DNA of 64,000 nt from an uncultured Acidobacteriaceae bacterium (GTDB taxonomy: Bacteria; Acidobacteriota; Terriglobia; Terriglobales; Acidobacteriaceae): positions 21,219 to 85,218 of the forward strand of contig CAVRWP010000012.1 of the NCBI GenBank assembly GCA_963724965.1, in the 5' to 3' direction. The notes beneath the pieces were generated by a model. It was not told where the DNA came from. It did not search any database and saw nothing but the letters and a program-made list of their open reading frames with translations. The position numbers were made by a program, and so were the translations under genes. Of the stretch, positions 60,523-64,000 are shown piece after piece (position 1 is the stretch's first letter; each line of letters opens with the position of its first letter).

Positions 60523-62208
60523 TTAATGTGGGACCGCGGGCGCATCGGCGGCCGGCTTTGGCTTGTATACCGTACAGCTCGCCTGCCATGGAGCCGAGAT
60601 GGTCACCAGGCTCTCGAAATCCGAGTGGTGAGCCTGTACCGCAGCCCACACCGGATCGCCCTTGCATGCGATGGCGTAGTCCGCACGATGAGCCGGATCG
60701 AGCAGTGCCCACTCCCAATCGGGATGCTCAGCTTCAGAAATAACGTGGCTCAATGGAATGCCCGCCAGCCGCAGCGCCCCGGCATGCTCGGCCTCGTACA
60801 TGAGCAGCGTCGCATTTGGCGGAAGCTGAATCAGCGTTCGCGCCAGGCCTAACTCCAGAGAGTTGCGGTCGCGAGAATTCGTCTCGGCTTCGCGCAGCGT
60901 AATCGGCTTCTCTGCATAAGCCGAGATGTAGCTGACCGCCACGATTGCCGCCAAAGCCGCGGTCGTCGCCAGCTTCAGCGACGCTGCGCCAAGCCTCTCG
61001 CGCAGAACAGTGAACGCGATCACGGGAAAAACGGCGAACACCGGCAGCAGTTCCAATCCGTAGCGCACGTTGTAGTACGAAAACGGCCACCACACCGGCA
61101 CGTAAATCGGAACGCTACCGTAGGCGACCGAAAGTGAGTAGAACGCCAGAGGCAGCCACAGCAGCAGCAGGACTCCGTAACGCCGGAAGCGCCACACGGC
61201 CGCCGCCGTACCAATCACGGCAAGCAGCAAAAGTGCGCGTCCCCAGAACGGCGAGCCCAGGTTCAACTGCGCCGACTTCAGGAAATAGAGCGCCGAGGTA
61301 AAGATGTCGTGCTCGCCCGGATACGGCGGGGCGCCCTTCGCCGTATTGCGCAAGGCAATTGCTTTTGCCGAATACGGGCCGTTGATGAAGTCCAGCGCAT
61401 TGCCCGACACCGCCCACGTGTACACCAGCCAGTAGACCGGAACCAGTCCATTCAGCAGCAGGATCTCGGCGAATGACTTCGTCATCGCGCGTCGCTGCTG
61501 CGTGTCCGTTGAACGTCGATACCACGCTACGAACAACCAAACCAGAATGATGCCGAGCGCGGTCGCCGAGAACCAGCCGTCATATCTCGTCAGCGCGCCG
61601 GCGTACATCGTGATGCCGCAATACTCCAGCGCCTTCTGCGGGCTGAGTTGCGGCGCGGCAACCTGCGATCCCGGAGCGGGCGGATAGACAGCGCGCAGAA
61701 ACTCGTCGAGAAACACCAGCGACCAGATGAAGAACGCCAGCGCGATGGGCTCGTTCATCGCCGTGGTCTGCATGTAAAGCAGGTTAGGATTCAGCGCGTA
61801 AATAGCGGCCGCGAGATACCCCGCGAATTGTCCTGCACGTGGGCTCACCAAGCGATGAATACCGAGCGTCCCCAGCACGAAGGCCAGCATGCCCGGAATC
61901 GCTCCCGCAATGCCGCTCTGCCACAGCGTGTTCACCCAAACAAAGGGCAGCATGGCGATGTGCTGTAGCGGAAGCCACACGGTTCCAAGTTGTCCGTAAG
62001 ACGAGATCGGATGGCGGTTGTCGACGACCCGGCGGGCAATGTTCAGGTGGGCGACGGCGTCGCCGTAGAGGAGGAGCTGCTGCGTAGCGTAGTAGTAGAG
62101 CAGCGCTGCGACAGAAATCGCCGCCAGCACCATGGTGAAGCGCGTCTCGCTGCGCTGCTGCGTGTAACGCTGCTGGAGAGCAGCACGATCACCGCGGGCT
62201 GCCTTCAA
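60523..62208 (-). CDS. polytopic membrane glycosyltransferase (GT-C fold, ArnT/PMT-like)
   Basis: 561 aa with about 12 TM segments. The N-terminal loop YGDAVAHLNIARRVVDN resembles the GT39/GT83 family. Confidence 0.6.
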   Translation of the reverse strand: MKAARGDRAALQQRYTQQRSETRFTMVLAAISVAALLYYYATQQLLLYGDAVAHLNIARRVVDNRHPISSYGQLGTVWLPLQHIAMLPFVWVNTLWQSGIAGAIPGMLAFVLGTLGIHRLVSPRAGQFAGYLAAAIYALNPNLLYMQTTAMNEPIALAFFIWSLVFLDEFLRAVYPPAPGSQVAAPQLSPQKALEYCGITMYAGALTRYDGWFSATALGIILVWLFVAWYRRSTDTQQRRAMTKSFAEILLLNGLVPVYWLVYTWAVSGNALDFINGPYSAKAIALRNTAKGAPPYPGEHDIFTSALYFLKSAQLNLGSPFWGRALLLLAVIGTAAAVWRFRRYGVLLLLWLPLAFYSLSVAYGSVPIYVPVWWPFSYYNVRYGLELLPVFAVFPVIAFTVLRERLGAASLKLATTAALAAIVAVSYISAYAEKPITLREAETNSRDRNSLELGLARTLIQLPPNATLLMYEAEHAGALRLAGIPLSHVISEAEHPDWEWALLDPAHRADYAIACKGDPVWAAVQAHHSDFESLVTISAPWQASCTVYKPKPAADAPAVPH

Positions 62209-62262
62209 ACCGATTTTTCCTTTGGAGACACCGGGTTCAGTTTAGCGTAATTGTTCTTTGTG

Positions 62263-62282
62263 ATATGCACATTCGTGCATAT
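62263..62282. promoter_or_regulatory. perfect palindrome ATATGCAC-N4-GTGCATAT, candidate BrnA operator
   Basis: It lies 9 nt upstream of the brnT start and overlaps a TATACT hexamer (62280-62285). Confidence 0.35.
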
Positions 62283-62290
62283 ACTAGGTA

Positions 62291-62563
62291 GTGAGTTTCG
62301 AATGGGACCAGCAAAAAGCCAAACTCAACCAGCGTAAACACGCAGTTGACTTTGCAGAAGCAGCAACAGCCCTCGAGGACGATTGCGCGCTGACCATCAG
62401 GGACGAGAGCTACGAAGAGGAAGAACGCTGGATCACCCTGGGGGTCGACGCTCTGGGACGACACCTGGTGGTGACTTATACATGGCGCGGTGACAATGTT
62501 CGTATCATCTCGGCGCGCCGGGCCACTGCCGTGGAACGCCAACAATACGAGACGCACCGATGA
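62291..62563 (+). CDS. brnT: BrnT family ribonuclease toxin (DUF497)
   Basis: FEWDQQKAKLNQRKHAVDFAEA ... ITLG ... VVTYTWRGDNVRIISARRAT is typical of BrnT. GTG start. Confidence 0.85.
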   Translation: MSFEWDQQKAKLNQRKHAVDFAEAATALEDDCALTIRDESYEEEERWITLGVDALGRHLVVTYTWRGDNVRIISARRATAVERQQYETHR

Positions 62564-62814
62564 AACGAGAATACGATTTTTCGAAAGCCAAACGTGGAGC
62601 GGTTGTGAAAGCAACGTCCGGCAAGACGCGCATCACCATCCGTCTGGATAACGCCTTGCTGGATTGGTTTCGCCAACGCGCGCACGCGCTCGGCGGCGCC
62701 AGCTACCAGAACCTCATCAACGATGCTCTGGTGCTGCATGTTGCGTCCGAACGCGAGCCGCTGGAACGCACACTGCGGCGTGTGATTCGAGAAGAGCTGC
62801 GCAAGACCGGCTGA
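62560..62814 (+). CDS. brnA: BrnA antitoxin
   Basis: EYDFSKAKRG ... RITIRLDNALLDWFR ... YQNLINDAL is typical of BrnA. Its start overlaps the brnT stop (ATGA). Confidence 0.85.
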   Translation: MKREYDFSKAKRGAVVKATSGKTRITIRLDNALLDWFRQRAHALGGASYQNLINDALVLHVASEREPLERTLRRVIREELRKTG

Positions 62815-62824
62815 TTACCTTCTC

Positions 62825-63748
62825 TCAGTCCAGGTGCGTCAATTCGCGGAAGGTGTTGAAGCGCTGGTCAATCTCTTCGCGCGTCAGCGACTGCAGACGC
62901 TCAGTGCCGAAGCGCTCGACCGCGAACGAGCCCATCACGCTGCCATAGAACATGGCATGCCGCAGCACGCGTCGGTTGATCTCGCCCTGCGACGCCAGAT
63001 AGCCCATGAAGCCGCCGGCAAAACTGTCGCCCGCGCCGGTCGGATCGCGCACTTCGTCGATCGGCATGGCCGGAGCACGGAAGGGATGATCGCCTGCCCC
63101 GAACTCGTGATCGCGGAAGAAAATGGTCGCGCCATATTCGCCATGCTTGATGACCAGCGCGCGCGGCCCCAGTTCCATCACCTTGCGTGCGGCACGCGGC
63201 AGGCTGGTCTCGCCGGCCAGCATCTTGGCTTCGCCGTCGTTGATCAGCAGGATGTCGACGCCCTTCAGCGTCTTGTCCAGGTTCTCGCGATGCCCGCTGA
63301 TCCAGTAATTCATCGTATCGCCGCCGACCAGCTTCACCTTCTGCATGTTGTCGCGCACCCGCTTCTGCAGCACGGGATCGATGTTCGCCAGAAAGAGGAA
63401 GTCGGAGTTGTTGTACTCAGCGGGAATCGATGGTTGAAAAGTTTCGAAAACGTTTAACTCAGTATTGAGCGTCTTGGCTTCGTTGACGTTCTCCCCGTAC
63501 TCGCCGGTCCAGTGAAAGGTCTTCCCTTTCGCGTGCTGAATGCCGCGGGTGTCGACACCGCGCTTCTTCATCACGTCTTCGTTTTCAGCCGTAAAGTCCT
63601 CGCCCACCACGCCGACAACCCGGACGTCGGTGAAGTAGCTGGCGGAAAGCGAAAAGTAGGTAGCCGCGCCGCCCAGAATCTTCTGGCGCTCGCCGTAAGG
63701 AGTTTTCAGGGTATCGAATGCGACCGAACCAACGACCAGGATGGACAA
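62825..63748 (-). CDS. PfkB family carbohydrate/nucleoside kinase
   Basis: DPTGAGDSFAGGFMGYL (GAGD anion-hole motif) and the N-terminal GG dipeptide region ILGGAATY. Confidence 0.85.
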   Translation of the reverse strand: MSILVVGSVAFDTLKTPYGERQKILGGAATYFSLSASYFTDVRVVGVVGEDFTAENEDVMKKRGVDTRGIQHAKGKTFHWTGEYGENVNEAKTLNTELNVFETFQPSIPAEYNNSDFLFLANIDPVLQKRVRDNMQKVKLVGGDTMNYWISGHRENLDKTLKGVDILLINDGEAKMLAGETSLPRAARKVMELGPRALVIKHGEYGATIFFRDHEFGAGDHPFRAPAMPIDEVRDPTGAGDSFAGGFMGYLASQGEINRRVLRHAMFYGSVMGSFAVERFGTERLQSLTREEIDQRFNTFRELTHLD

Positions 63749-63751
63749 GGG

Positions 63752-64000
63752 CTATGCTCCCGCTTTCTTTTCGGAATCGAAATATTTGCCTACCAGCAAC
63801 CACAGGCGGTCCAGCGTCGCCTGCGGCACCATCGTTTTCTGCGTGATGATCGCGTTCTTCAGCGCCGAAGCGCACTTGCAGCCGCGCTCCTTTGGCATGG
63901 CAGCCACCGCGTGGCGCACCAGGCTGCACGCGTTCTCGGCATTCTTCATCAGCACGCCAATGATCTGATCGACGCTCACTGCATCATGCTCTTCGTGCCA
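63752..64000 (-). CDS. hypothetical protein, 5' end outside the window
   Basis: The ORF is open to the window edge (...WHEEHDAVSVDQIIGVLMKNAENA...). Its stop is 4 nt before the PfkB start. No motif recognised. Confidence 0.45.
   Translation of the reverse strand, partial: WHEEHDAVSVDQIIGVLMKNAENACSLVRHAVAAMPKERGCKCASALKNAIITQKTMVPQATLDRLWLLVGKYFDSEKKAGA

Overview
This is a 64-kb GC-rich chromosomal segment from a diderm bacterium (lpxD and beta-barrel porins are present). The gene content and dispersed repeat families look Acidobacteriota-like, but that is inference only. Most of the window is housekeeping. It holds a multicopper oxidase and an S9 peptidase, tRNA-Arg(CCG), and an aromatic amino-acid cluster (trpC-trpF-trpB-trpA, chorismate mutase, DAHP synthase, tyrA). 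It also holds scoA/scoB, ilvE, hom, a DUF1175 plus thioester alpha-2-macroglobulin locus, and a large hybrid histidine kinase with two kinase cores. A minus-strand supra-operon runs porin-porin-micropeptide-kdpFABC-80aa ORF. The remaining genes are a fused ABC importer, tandem xerC/xerD, a class II nucleotidyltransferase with a Lys/Ala/Pro-rich tail, lpxD, a murein-recycling cluster (dapF-like, ldcA, mpl, M61 peptidase, plsC), a GT-C membrane glycosyltransferase, a brnT/brnA toxin-antitoxin pair and a PfkB kinase. No rRNA, CRISPR array, transposase or prophage was seen. Eight points deserve a second look. (1) At least 17 single-nucleotide frame disruptions interrupt 9 otherwise convincing genes, mostly at short homopolymers, so they look like assembly errors. 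(2) An identical 18-nt direct-repeat box fused to a promoter occurs twice, about 42 kb apart; one copy heads the porin-kdp cluster and each copy is followed by a paralogous single-pass membrane micro-ORF. (3) The dapF homolog has Ser at both positions aligned to the catalytic Cys residues. (4) Several intergenic arrays have a 7-nt period, and some place stop codons in all six frames; one is (CCCCTAG)x8. (5) There are three families of nested-palindrome REP/MITE-like elements. (6) A thioester-bearing alpha-2-macroglobulin sits next to a DUF1175 gene rather than pbpC. (7) A nucleotidyltransferase carries a histone-H1-like tail. (8) An M61 peptidase is translationally coupled to mpl. All product calls come from motif recognition by eye; no database search was possible.
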